From the NCBI GenBank assembly GCA_965229935.1, contig CBDDKB010000002.1, forward strand, positions 322,178 through 386,177: DNA of 64,000 nt, read 5' to 3'. Position numbers and translations under genes: made by a program. The notes beneath the pieces were generated by a model. That model did not search any database. It was not told the DNA's origin and saw only the letters and a program-made list of their open reading frames with translations. The DNA is from Alphaproteobacteria bacterium (GTDB taxonomy: Bacteria; Pseudomonadota; Alphaproteobacteria; SPJN01). Positions 49,470 through 58,378 of this stretch are shown here, piece by piece. The first letter of the stretch is position 1. Every line of letters begins with the position of its first letter.

Positions 49470-50270
49470 CTATTCGTACGGTGGCAGGTTGGCTGCAGCG
49501 CGCTCGATGTTAGCGGGGATGCTTTCATCGCTTTTTATCGCTAACTCGGGACAATGCTTAGTAGTAAATTCATTGATGCAAGTTGTCAGAGTGCTTGCTG
49601 CGGTTCGCGCCCATTTCAACTGATCTTGAATTTCAGCTTGGCTTCGCTGAGCGCCTTTTTGGTGCAGGTAGTGATGCCCAGATATGCTGCGCCGTAAATT
49701 AGATAGTCGCAGCTTTAGTGCCATATAGGAAGCTAGTATATCATCGTTCTGCGGCTCAAGTGAGTAAACGGTTTTCTCTGCAACATCTAGCGTTTCCAAT
49801 ACATTGCCGATTCGAACGGCAATTTCCATTATGCGACTTGCTCGCTCGGCACGGATTGGAATCAATGTGTCTTTGATGTCGTTTTCGATCTGCACTAACT
49901 GATATGCAAGACTTGTTACAAATTGGCTTGAGGCAATAATTGCTTTTTTATTTCTATCCTTTTTGTCGCGAAGTTGATCCTCAAAACGATATTGTTCGTT
50001 AATTGTAAGCGAAAGAAAAATTGCAAAGAAACCTATGATTCCGGCGACGTAGCTTCCATACTCCTCGAAATAGACCTCATATTCAGTCCCTTTGGCCACA
50101 CGCGGCAGTGCAAGTAAGGCTGCGACCACTATCAGTGATATAAAGTAAGTAAGTCTGGATCGCATATTATTCCAGTTGAAACTCGACTTTTTTCCGTTTG
50201 CCAAGGTCAAAGTGGCCATAAATCCAATTATCCCAAAATAAGCGCCAAGTCCGAATAGCAGGAAGTGCAT
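49470..50270 (-). CDS. orphan membrane protein: 3 N-terminal TM helices plus a roughly 170-aa helical C-terminal domain, no recognisable family; encoded on an AT-rich islet
   Basis: 266 aa from ATG 50270 (the ORF track starts at a TTG at 50273). Codon usage rich in AAA/AAT/ATT/TTT, unlike its neighbours. Perfect TTGACA about 60 bp upstream on the minus strand. Confidence 0.5.
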   Translation of the reverse strand: MHFLLFGLGAYFGIIGFMATLTLANGKKSSFNWNNMRSRLTYFISLIVVAALLALPRVAKGTEYEVYFEEYGSYVAGIIGFFAIFLSLTINEQYRFEDQLRDKKDRNKKAIIASSQFVTSLAYQLVQIENDIKDTLIPIRAERASRIMEIAVRIGNVLETLDVAEKTVYSLEPQNDDILASYMALKLRLSNLRRSISGHHYLHQKGAQRSQAEIQDQLKWARTAASTLTTCINEFTTKHCPELAIKSDESIPANIERAAANLPPYE

Positions 50271-50339
50271 CAAATAAGATCTCTATGCAAAAAATAACAA
50301 CTTATGAGAGTGTTAAGCCGACTTGTATGACTGTCAACA

Positions 50340-50373
50340 GAAAAAGCCGCCCTCAAAACGAATTGGGGGCGGC
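50340..50373 (-). terminator. 34-bp direct repeat copy 2; rho-independent terminator of the hydrolase gene (GCCGCCCCC-loop-GGGCGGC followed by TTTTTC on the minus strand)
   Basis: Hairpin plus U-tract read in sequence, 27 bp downstream of the stop at 50400. Also followed on the plus strand by a TTGATTTTGTTT tail, so possibly bidirectional. Confidence 0.6.
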
Positions 50374-50399
50374 TTGATTTTGTTTCGTTGAAGGGGCGC

Positions 50400-51308
50400 T
50401 TATTCAGCGGCGATCAAGAACCCTTCAGGAGCTTCATCTTTTGAGTTTGCCTCGGCATCCCATTTTTCGATGTACTCGCGATTGTCAAAGTCCCAAGGAT
50501 GGAAACCATCTTTGAAGAAGGCTTTAAACTCAGGCCACATTTTGCGGAAAATGCCGGGCTTGCCCCATGCATATTTTACTGTGGACCAATGGGCCTTGAA
50601 GTTGAACAGGTTGCCTGACGCATACATCAAACGGGTGTAGTAGATGAATGTGCGTGCCATGAAGGGGATAGACACCATACGCAGGGCGCGCTTGCGGGCC
50701 TTTTCAAATTCTTTCTCGTCCTCGATGGCAACACGCATCAGGTCAAAGCAAACAGCCTTATGTTCGCTTTCTTCAACCGCGTGCCACAGCCATACGTTAC
50801 GCATAGCAGGATGCGCGCCATCCAAAGCGCCGGGGTTGGACAGAAGACCATTTGCCAAAACGGCGGTCCAATGTTCCAGCGCAACGGTAACGCCAAGCTG
50901 CTGATATTTGTTCAGCACTTTTTGGCCCATGCCAAGATCGCGCCAGACTTCCTGTTCGATCTTTTTGGCGGGCAGGCCATCACGTTCCAGCATTTCGTTA
51001 TAGGCTTCATGTTCGCGGGTATGAATGGCTTCCTGCGTCATGAAGTTTTTGATCTCTTTCTTCAGCTTCGGATCCGTCACGTCCTTAATGAACGGGCGGG
51101 TTGAATCGATGAAGAAAGTTTCCCCTGCCGGGAACAGCAATGACATGGCGTTCAGCAGGTTGGATTTACCCGGGCAGCCATCAAGCCAATCGTAATGCAC
51201 GGTTTCGTCAAAGCCGAAATCGATATTGCGCGGGATAATGTCCTTCGCGGAATGGCTTTGGCTTGAGGTTGCTTCTTCAGGAGCGGTGGTTTGTGTCATC
51301 TCAGACAT
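50400..51308 (-). CDS. predicted metal-dependent hydrolase (PF10118-like)
   Basis: His/Glu-rich helical motifs HTREHEAY, EHWTAVLA, WHAVEESEHKAV. Confidence 0.5.
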   Translation of the reverse strand: MSEMTQTTAPEEATSSQSHSAKDIIPRNIDFGFDETVHYDWLDGCPGKSNLLNAMSLLFPAGETFFIDSTRPFIKDVTDPKLKKEIKNFMTQEAIHTREHEAYNEMLERDGLPAKKIEQEVWRDLGMGQKVLNKYQQLGVTVALEHWTAVLANGLLSNPGALDGAHPAMRNVWLWHAVEESEHKAVCFDLMRVAIEDEKEFEKARKRALRMVSIPFMARTFIYYTRLMYASGNLFNFKAHWSTVKYAWGKPGIFRKMWPEFKAFFKDGFHPWDFDNREYIEKWDAEANSKDEAPEGFLIAAE

Positions 51309-51431
51309 TTCGTTTCCACATAATCATTAAGGGCAGGAATCGCTGCCCAGTCACGATCCTTATATGGCCTTATTGACATGATTGTCAAGTACTGCTGACA
51401 GATTTGTCAAAATAACGCAATATTAGGTTTT

Positions 51432-51812
51432 TTATGAAGTTGTTTCAGTGGGTTGGCTTTGCTCATCATCGCCGATCGGTGTGCGGGTGAGCGCTTTTTT
51501 GGCGCGATCCTTATGGGCCGGGGTCATGGCACCCCTGACAGAGGATAAAGCCAGCATCAGGACAGAGGCATCATCCACATAGCCAAGCCCGACCAGAAAA
51601 TCAGGGATCAGGTCGGTCGGCAGGATGAAATAGGCAAGTGCGCCAAACAAAGTGCCCTTGACCGACAGGGGGGTCGCCTTGTCTGTCGCGCAGTAATAGG
51701 CGGCAACGGCATCTTCGGCAAAGGGCACGCGAGAGACAGCGCCGCGCATTTTGGGCCAGAATCCCTTGCGCACATTCGCTTCTTTTTCATTGATGGTTTG
51801 CTGCTCGCTCAT
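51432..51812 (-). CDS. YkvA/DUF1232 family membrane protein
   Basis: ILPTDLIPDFLVGLGYVDD motif. Start at MSEQQT. Confidence 0.6.
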   Translation of the reverse strand: MSEQQTINEKEANVRKGFWPKMRGAVSRVPFAEDAVAAYYCATDKATPLSVKGTLFGALAYFILPTDLIPDFLVGLGYVDDASVLMLALSSVRGAMTPAHKDRAKKALTRTPIGDDEQSQPTETTS

Positions 51813-51976
51813 CGAAGTCTCACCTTTTATCCTGCTTGACGTTACGACATCTGCCGTTTGCATCAAATTGTTCTTTTCATATGGGATTTTTACAAAAAAT
51901 CACAAGACGTGCCCGAAACGCTTTGATAGGGTGCCGCCGTTTCGAATTTCAGTTGAACCATAAAGGGAGCAATCTC

Positions 51977-52744
51977 ATGGAAATTACCAAAGATACAGCC
52001 GCCATCGTCACCGGCGGTGCCTCAGGCCTTGGTGAAGCCACCGTTCGCGCGCTGGTTGCCAAGGGCGCAAAAGTTGCCGTCTTTGACATGAACGAAGACC
52101 GCGGTAACGCCATTGCTGAAGAGCTGGGCGTGACGTTCTGCAATGTAAACGTGACAGACGAAGACTCTGTCGTGGCCGGTTTTGAAAAGGCCCGCGCTGC
52201 CAACGGTCAGGAACGGATCGTTGTGAACTGCGCCGGTACAGGTGCTGCCATGAAAACCCAGTCAAAGGGTGTGCCGCACGACATCAAAATCTTTGACCTG
52301 ATTTGCCAGATCAATCTGGTTGGTTCATTCCGCGTGCTGTCAAAGGCTGCTGCCGAAATTTCAAAGCTTGAGCCTGTGAATGAGTCAGGTGAGCGCGGCG
52401 TGATCATCAACACCGCATCTGTTGCTGCCTTTGATGGCCAGATCGGTCAGGCATCCTACTCAGCCTCAAAGGGCGGTGTTGTCGGCATGACATTGCCGAT
52501 CGCCCGTGACTTGTCACGTGATGGTATCCGCTGCTGCACCATTGCGCCGGGTATCTTTGAAACCCCGCTATTGGCCGGTGCACCTGACAATGTGAAACAG
52601 GCACTTGAAGCATCTGTGCCGTTCCCGTCACGTCTTGGTAAGCCTGACGAATATGCCTCATTGGCTGTTCAGATCATGGAAAACACCATGTTGAACGGTG
52701 AAACCATCCGTCTTGATGGCGCCATCCGTATGGCACCTCGTTGA
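51977..52744 (+). CDS. SDR-family 3-hydroxyacyl-CoA dehydrogenase (HSD17B10-like)
   Basis: TGGASGLG Rossmann motif, catalytic YSASK. Start at MEITKD (51977) with AAAGGGAG SD. Confidence 0.8.
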   Translation: MEITKDTAAIVTGGASGLGEATVRALVAKGAKVAVFDMNEDRGNAIAEELGVTFCNVNVTDEDSVVAGFEKARAANGQERIVVNCAGTGAAMKTQSKGVPHDIKIFDLICQINLVGSFRVLSKAAAEISKLEPVNESGERGVIINTASVAAFDGQIGQASYSASKGGVVGMTLPIARDLSRDGIRCCTIAPGIFETPLLAGAPDNVKQALEASVPFPSRLGKPDEYASLAVQIMENTMLNGETIRLDGAIRMAPR

Positions 52745-52780
52745 TTCTGGGTTGATTCTGGGTTGATCTTGGGTTGATCC
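52741..52780. repeat. 11-bp tandem repeat (TTGATTCTGGG x2, TTGATCTTGGG, TTGATCC), 3.6 copies, beginning inside the SDR stop codon
   Basis: Read directly in the sequence. Confidence 0.7.
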
Positions 52781-52809
52781 CAAGAACTGCGAAAATCAAA
52801 CGATCGAAG

Positions 52810-52841
52810 CCCGATCCGCAGCCAATGCGGGTCGGGTTTTT
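52810..52841 (+). terminator. rho-independent terminator of the SDR gene
   Basis: CCCGATCCGCA-gccaa-TGCGGGTCGGG hairpin followed by TTTTTGTC. Confidence 0.6.
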
Positions 52842-52966
52842 GTCAAAAATGGGGCAGGTTTGCACGATTTTGTGAGGGCAGCGGCCCTTGTTTCGCCGCG
52901 ATCCCCGGATTACATTATAGGTACAAGTAAAATTGAACGGGGCGTAGGCGGGGGTCTACACAAGGA

Positions 52967-53551
52967 GTGACAGCCATGTCACCGGATCGCCCCAAAAAGG
53001 GGATAAGGATGAGAAGCACAATCGGTGCCGCCCTTGGCACCTTGATGATGGCATCTTACACGTTCGCGGATTTTATCATTCCGCCGGATGATCTTGTGAT
53101 TTGCAAGATCAACGCCTATTCAGTTTATCAGGTGGCCCGTAAACAGGGCTATACCTTCCGTTGCCTGTCGGAAACCGGCAATGGCACCGCAATGTTTGTC
53201 ACAGAAAAATCAATGCGCCGCATCGGTTGCGAAGGGCAGGTTCGCCAAACTTTTGGGCAACCGCGCGTGACCCACAGGGTTAACAGCCTGATACTGGGCC
53301 GCGCCAATAATCTTGAGCCGCAGCTTTATAATGGGTGGAGCTTGACGAGCTATAGCGTCGATGGCGGCCATTACAACGCCCATCTGAAGTCAGAAAAGGC
53401 ATTGATTGACTACAGCTTTGAAATGACGGGCGAAGATGCCAGCGGCCGCCGGCTGTTGGAATTTATCCGCATCGAAAAACCGGGCGGTGATTGCAACGAG
53501 GCTTTGAGCCAGGCCTTTACCCGCCGCACGCTATCCACCGCCTCTCTTTAG
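52967..53551 (+). CDS. hypothetical secreted protein (signal peptide, 4 Cys), no family recognised
   Basis: N-terminal hydrophobic stretch ending ASYTFADF. Alternative start at MRSTIG at 53009 with AAGGGGATAAGG SD. Lower GC than its neighbours. Confidence 0.4.
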   Translation: MTAMSPDRPKKGIRMRSTIGAALGTLMMASYTFADFIIPPDDLVICKINAYSVYQVARKQGYTFRCLSETGNGTAMFVTEKSMRRIGCEGQVRQTFGQPRVTHRVNSLILGRANNLEPQLYNGWSLTSYSVDGGHYNAHLKSEKALIDYSFEMTGEDASGRRLLEFIRIEKPGGDCNEALSQAFTRRTLSTASL

Positions 53552-53577
53552 GTCTCGGTGGTTAGAGGGCTTGGTGG

Positions 53578-53868
53578 TTAGCCTGCCAATTCGTTCATCT
53601 TGGTTGCCATTTTCACGTCAAGTTCTGACACACCGTCGGCATCATGGGTCGTCAGGGTCACTTCCACGCGATTATAGACATTGAACCATTCAGGGTGATG
53701 GTCCATCTGTTCCGCAATAAGCGCAATGCGCGCCATAAAACCGAATGCCTCGTTAAAGTCGGCAAACTGAAACTTTTTGAAGATGGCGTCTTTGCCCTCA
53801 ACCTCTGACCAGCCATCAAGTCCGGCAATTGTGTCAGCGCGTGTTGCGGGATCAAGTTTTTGCGGCAT
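53578..53868 (-). CDS. phhB: 4a-hydroxytetrahydrobiopterin dehydratase (pterin-4-alpha-carbinolamine dehydratase)
   Basis: 96 aa, conserved [24 protein letters not shown] core. Confidence 0.85.
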   Translation of the reverse strand: MPQKLDPATRADTIAGLDGWSEVEGKDAIFKKFQFADFNEAFGFMARIALIAEQMDHHPEWFNVYNRVEVTLTTHDADGVSELDVKMATKMNELAG

Positions 53869-53879
53869 GGTCTTTTCCT

Positions 53880-54614
53880 TTAGTCGTCAAACGCGGGCAT
53901 GGCTGCCCCGGTCAATAGATGTTTCACATAGGCTGGCACAACCGCACTTGCAAGGCCGTAATGCCCTTCAAGGAACATGGTGGCGCCGTCTGATGGTTCC
54001 AAATTCAGCTCAACAGTATGCGCGCCATTGCGGCGTGCCTCCATCACAAAGCCTGCAGCAGGGTAGACATTCCCCGATGTGCCGATGGAGATAAAGAGAT
54101 CACATCGCGCCAACGCCTCGTATATTTGGTCCATATAAAGCGGCATTTCCCCAAACCAGACCACATGGGGGCGCAGACCGCCATCTTGACCGCAATGACC
54201 GCACGCCATGTCGATGTGAAGCGCGTCCCAATGATCCTGCACATGGCCGCAATGATTACATTGAATTTTGCCGACCTCACCATGCATGTGCAGCACGTCT
54301 GTTGCGCCGCCCTTTTCATGCAGATGATCAATGTTCTGCGTGACCAGTGTCAGGCTGCCTGCAAAATTCTGTTGCAAGGTGCCCAAAGCCTCATGCGCGG
54401 GATTGGGTTGTGCATTGCGCACTCCATCGCGGCGGTCATTATAAAAGTTCAGCACCGTTACAGGATCGCGCGCGAACCCTTCGGGGGTGGCGACATCCTC
54501 GATCGGGATGTCCTCCCATAACCCCTCCGGCCCGCGAAACGTGCCAAGCCCGGATTCCTGACTGATGCCCGCGCCTGTCAAAATGACGATGTTCTTGAAT
54601 GCAGTTTGTGTCAT
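53880..54614 (-). CDS. cobB: NAD-dependent protein deacylase, Sir2 family
   Basis: [15 protein letters not shown] and Zn ribbon CNHCG...CGHCG. Start re-called at [16 protein letters not shown] (54614). Confidence 0.8.
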   Translation of the reverse strand: MTQTAFKNIVILTGAGISQESGLGTFRGPEGLWEDIPIEDVATPEGFARDPVTVLNFYNDRRDGVRNAQPNPAHEALGTLQQNFAGSLTLVTQNIDHLHEKGGATDVLHMHGEVGKIQCNHCGHVQDHWDALHIDMACGHCGQDGGLRPHVVWFGEMPLYMDQIYEALARCDLFISIGTSGNVYPAAGFVMEARRNGAHTVELNLEPSDGATMFLEGHYGLASAVVPAYVKHLLTGAAMPAFDD

Positions 54615-54626
54615 GATGGCCATGCT

Positions 54627-55085
54627 ATGAAAGTTCTGTTCGTTTGTCTTGGAAATATCTGCCGCTCCCCCAGTGCTGAGGGGGTGGCCCGTGCCCGTGC
54701 CATCAAGGATGGGGTGATTGACCGCTTTACCTTTGATTCTGCAGGCACGGGCGATTGGCATGTGGGCAAGTCCCCAGACACGCGCGCGCAGGCCGCTGCC
54801 AAGGCGCGGGGCTATGACATTGCTTATCTAAGGGCGCGCCAAGTCACGGTCAGCGATTTTTACGAGTTTGATTTGATCCTGGCGATGGACAAAGACAATC
54901 TGGCTGATTTGCAATCTATTGCGCCCCATGATGGCCGTTCAGAATTGCGCCTGATGCTGGATTATGCGCCGCAATTTGATGTGCGCGAGGTGCCTGATCC
55001 CTATTATGGCGGCGATCGGGGCTTTGATCAGGTGTTGGACATGCTGGAGGAGGCGGTTGACGGGCTGTTGTCCACTGCCAAGTAG
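54627..55085 (+). CDS. low-molecular-weight protein-tyrosine phosphatase
   Basis: P-loop VCLGNICRSP and DPYYG motif. Start at MKVLFVC. Confidence 0.85.
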   Translation: MKVLFVCLGNICRSPSAEGVARARAIKDGVIDRFTFDSAGTGDWHVGKSPDTRAQAAAKARGYDIAYLRARQVTVSDFYEFDLILAMDKDNLADLQSIAPHDGRSELRLMLDYAPQFDVREVPDPYYGGDRGFDQVLDMLEEAVDGLLSTAK

Positions 55086-55669
55086 GGTCCCGTTTTAAAG
55101 TGGTGGTCCGCCGCCACGACGCCATTGGCAATATCATTCTCACCACCAAATTCGCAGACTGGATCATAGACAGCGCCTGTGTGCGCCAGATGGCTTTCAA
55201 ACAGGGTATAGCCGCGAATTTTGATAGGCGGTAGGTCAAGCGGGCTCATCGCTTCGACATAGCGGGCGACCGAAAGCGGATCAGTTGTTTTAAGCCGCGC
55301 GAGTGTGACGTGGGGCACGAAACGGCGTGCCTCAATCTCAAAGCCCACCTGCCGCATGGCGTGGCTGATGGATCGTTGCAGGACCTTCAGCTCCTCCGTC
55401 ATGGTCAGGCGGATATGCAGGTTGCGCAGTTTCTTGTCGCCGAACGTGTTGAAGCCTTCAAAGTTCAACACCATCTCAGGGCATTTTATGGGGGCAAGGG
55501 CGGCGACCACATCGCTAAGCTGCGGCGGCGGTGCGTCGCCCAAAAAACACAATGTCATGTGATGGCTGCTGGGGCTGACCCATTTTGCACCGGGTAACCC
55601 GCTGGCAATCATGTCCAGCCGATGTTTGATAAGTGGGGGCAAATCGCAAGCGATAAACAGTCGAGCCAT
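55028..55669 (-). CDS. thpR: RNA 2',3'-cyclic phosphodiesterase (2H family, ThpR/LigT)
   Basis: Two HxT/S motifs (HMTLCFLG, HVTLARL). About 35-aa C-terminal extension overlapping the convergent PTP gene by 58 bp. Confidence 0.8.
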   Translation of the reverse strand: MARLFIACDLPPLIKHRLDMIASGLPGAKWVSPSSHHMTLCFLGDAPPPQLSDVVAALAPIKCPEMVLNFEGFNTFGDKKLRNLHIRLTMTEELKVLQRSISHAMRQVGFEIEARRFVPHVTLARLKTTDPLSVARYVEAMSPLDLPPIKIRGYTLFESHLAHTGAVYDPVCEFGGENDIANGVVAADHHFKTGPYLAVDNSPSTASSSMSNT

Positions 55670-55842
55670 AATAAAGCCTCCCGAATCAATGATGTTATGA
55701 ATCTAACCCGGAATTATGACAATTGGAATCTCTGATTGTTTGCTGGCGTGAAGCCGCTGATTTGGCTCAGCAAAATCTATGCCGTCATGCCGTACCCGAA
55801 GATGCAGGATAGTCCTGCGGAAATCCGGCACGACGACAGTGA

Positions 55843-56889
55843 TTAATTTGACGGGTTCGGATTTTGGATATGAACGGCATTCACCGCCTTGTTCATTTCG
55901 TCGGTCCATTCAAGGTCAAAGGCGTCGATGTCTTCTTTCAACTGCTCCATCGTCGTTGCGCCGATGATGGTGGAATCGACAAAATCCTTGGAGTCGCAGA
56001 ACTTGATGGCAAGCTTGGCCAGCGTCGTATCAAACTCACGGGCAACGGCTAAATACTGGTCAATCACACCTTCCATCGCATCAGCTTCATAGCGTTGCAG
56101 GCGATTGAACAGCGCCTTGCGCGACCCTTCGGGCAGTGCGCCGCGCTGATACTTGCCTGTCAGATAGCCCTGCCCAAGGGGGGAATAGGCAAGCAGGCCA
56201 ACCCCTTCGCGCAGGTAAACTTCAGCCAGCCCCATTTCGTCCGACCGATTCACCAAATTATAGGCATTCTGAACGGTTTCAACGCGCGGCAAGTTCTTGG
56301 ATTCTGAATGGTGCAGGAACTTCATCGTGCCCCACGGGGTTTCGTTCGACAGGCCGATATGGCGGACCTTGCCCGATGTCACCAAATTTTCCATGGCGCG
56401 CAATGTTTCATCAATCGGCACAATCTCGCCACCCATATCCTTATAGGTGTTGGGGATCGCCCCAAACAGCGCGATGGGCCGATCAGGCCAATGCATTTGG
56501 TAAAGGTCGATATAGTCGGTCTGCAGCCGCTTTAAGCTTTGTTCAACCGCATATTCGATATTTTGGGCGTCAAGCGCCGTGGTGCCATCCCACGGGCGCA
56601 GCCAATCCATCGGCGCACGTCCCGCAACCTTGGTGGCAAGCACAATCTTGTCCCGGTTTTTGCGTTCCGCAAACCAAGTGCCGATGATGGTTTCTGTTGA
56701 CCCTTGGGTATCAGCCTTGGGCGGCACTGAATACATTTCGGCGGTGTCGAAAAAATTGATGCCACGGTCAAGGGCATAATCCATTTGTTCATGGCCTTCA
56801 GCTTCGGTGTTTTGCTGACCCCATGTCATGGTGCCAAGGCAGCAACGTGTCACCTGAATGCCGGTGCGGCCAAGTTCTGTCATCTGCAT
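55843..56889 (-). CDS. NADP(H)-dependent aldo/keto reductase (Tas-like)
   Basis: 348 aa AKR fold motifs (GINFFDTAEMY, IGLSNETPWG). Confidence 0.85.
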   Translation of the reverse strand: MQMTELGRTGIQVTRCCLGTMTWGQQNTEAEGHEQMDYALDRGINFFDTAEMYSVPPKADTQGSTETIIGTWFAERKNRDKIVLATKVAGRAPMDWLRPWDGTTALDAQNIEYAVEQSLKRLQTDYIDLYQMHWPDRPIALFGAIPNTYKDMGGEIVPIDETLRAMENLVTSGKVRHIGLSNETPWGTMKFLHHSESKNLPRVETVQNAYNLVNRSDEMGLAEVYLREGVGLLAYSPLGQGYLTGKYQRGALPEGSRKALFNRLQRYEADAMEGVIDQYLAVAREFDTTLAKLAIKFCDSKDFVDSTIIGATTMEQLKEDIDAFDLEWTDEMNKAVNAVHIQNPNPSN

Positions 56890-56942
56890 GGAAATGCCCC
56901 CTTAATAGAAATGCAGTGAAATCGAATAGGTTTTATTGATTT

Positions 56943-57587
56943 TTATGGGATTGATGCCGATTGGGCAAGCGCGCCTTTCACAAAGGGTAGGATCTTGCCA
57001 ATGATAATCGCAACACCTTGTTTGTTTGGGTGGATGCCATCAGGCTGGTTAAGCGCTGGGTCGGCGGCCACACCGTCCAAAAAAAACGGATAGAGCGCGA
57101 CGTTAAAATCATCGGCCAATTGTTGATAAAGCGGATTGAACTCATCCGCATAATCCTCGCCCAAATTAGGGGGGGCCATCATGCCTGTCAGCAAAATGGG
57201 CAAATCGGGCAATTGGTCCCGCGCCTGCGTGATAATGGCGGCAAGGTTCTTATAGGTCTGCTCAGGCGGCAGGGCGCGCAGCACATCATTGCCGCCCAAG
57301 GTGATAATCATCAGGTCAATCTGGTCGTCCAAGACCCAGCCCAGCCGTGCAAGGCCGCCTGCGGATGTGTCGCCCGACACCCCGGCATTGATGATCGAGA
57401 CGGCCACGCCATCGGCGAGCAAGGCGTCTTCAAGCTGGTCGGTAAAGCCATCCCCCGGCGGCAGGCCATAGCCCGCCACCAGCGAATCCCCCAGCGCGAG
57501 GATGGTGGTTTGTTGATCTGTTTGCGCCTCGCTCGCGTAAGAAGCAAAACTGATCAATCCGAAAAGCACTAAAATCAGGTGTTTCAT
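56943..57587 (-). CDS. SGNH/GDSL arylesterase (TesA-like acyl-CoA thioesterase I / lysophospholipase L1)
   Basis: Signal peptide, ILALGDSLVAGYG block I, GGNDV block III. Divergent from the ABC ATPase as in the E. coli tesA-ybbA arrangement. Start at MKHLILV (57587). Confidence 0.8.
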   Translation of the reverse strand: MKHLILVLFGLISFASYASEAQTDQQTTILALGDSLVAGYGLPPGDGFTDQLEDALLADGVAVSIINAGVSGDTSAGGLARLGWVLDDQIDLMIITLGGNDVLRALPPEQTYKNLAAIITQARDQLPDLPILLTGMMAPPNLGEDYADEFNPLYQQLADDFNVALYPFFLDGVAADPALNQPDGIHPNKQGVAIIIGKILPFVKGALAQSASIP

Positions 57588-57677
57588 GCAGGTCCTGCAC
57601 TGGTTATTGGGCCGTTCCCTCCCTATATAAGAGGCTATTGATGAATTGCAAAACATTGCGGCGAAATTTGGGGGCAT

Positions 57678-58358
57678 TTGATGATTGAGCTTTCGGGCGT
57701 AACCCTGACCCTTCCGTCTGAGGCGGGGCCGGTGGATATTCTGCGCGGCGTTGACCTTTCCGTTGGCGCGGGCGAACAGGTGGCGGTTATCGGCCCATCA
57801 GGGTCGGGGAAATCCACATTGTTGATGGTGATGGCCGGGCTTGAGCTGCCGACAGGGGGCCGCGTCAGCCTTTCGGGGACTGATATCGGCGCGCTTGATG
57901 AAGATGGCCGTGCTCGCTTCCGCCGCGATCATGTCGGCATTATTTTTCAAAGCTTTCACCTGATCCCAACCATGACGGCGCTTGAAAACATCGCTATCCC
58001 GCTTGAACTCGCCGGGGCGACCGATGCCCATGACAAAGCACAGGCTGAGCTTGAGGCTGTGGGTCTCGCCCATCGGGGCAGCCATTATCCTTCGCAACTA
58101 TCAGGCGGTGAACAGCAGCGCGTGGCAATTGCCCGTGCGCTGGTTTCAGATCCGGCGATCCTGTTGGCGGATGAACCGACCGGGAACCTTGACGGCAAAA
58201 CGGGGGAGGCGATTGTTGATTTGATGATGGGCCTTCATGAAAGCCGCAACACGACCATGATCCTGATCACCCATGATGAGGGGTTGGCACGATCTTGCGA
58301 ACGTATGGTGTCGATCCGCGATGGATTGATCGCCCATGATCAACGCAATGTTGCGTAA
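57678..58358 (+). CDS. ABC transporter ATP-binding protein (YbbA/LolD-like)
   Basis: Walker [10 protein letters not shown], signature [14 protein letters not shown], Walker [12 protein letters not shown]. Confidence 0.85.
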   Translation: MMIELSGVTLTLPSEAGPVDILRGVDLSVGAGEQVAVIGPSGSGKSTLLMVMAGLELPTGGRVSLSGTDIGALDEDGRARFRRDHVGIIFQSFHLIPTMTALENIAIPLELAGATDAHDKAQAELEAVGLAHRGSHYPSQLSGGEQQRVAIARALVSDPAILLADEPTGNLDGKTGEAIVDLMMGLHESRNTTMILITHDEGLARSCERMVSIRDGLIAHDQRNVA

Positions 58359-58378
58359 TGGTGCGGGTGGTCTGATTA

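Noticed and set aside
45226-55723. Shared ATTGTCAT / ATGTTATGA words upstream of both the 45422 oxidoreductase and thpR (55690-55723), considered as a common operator
   Set aside because: The shared word resembles a generic -35 hexamer (TTGTCA). Two occurrences of an 8-9-mer in 64 kb are not beyond chance.
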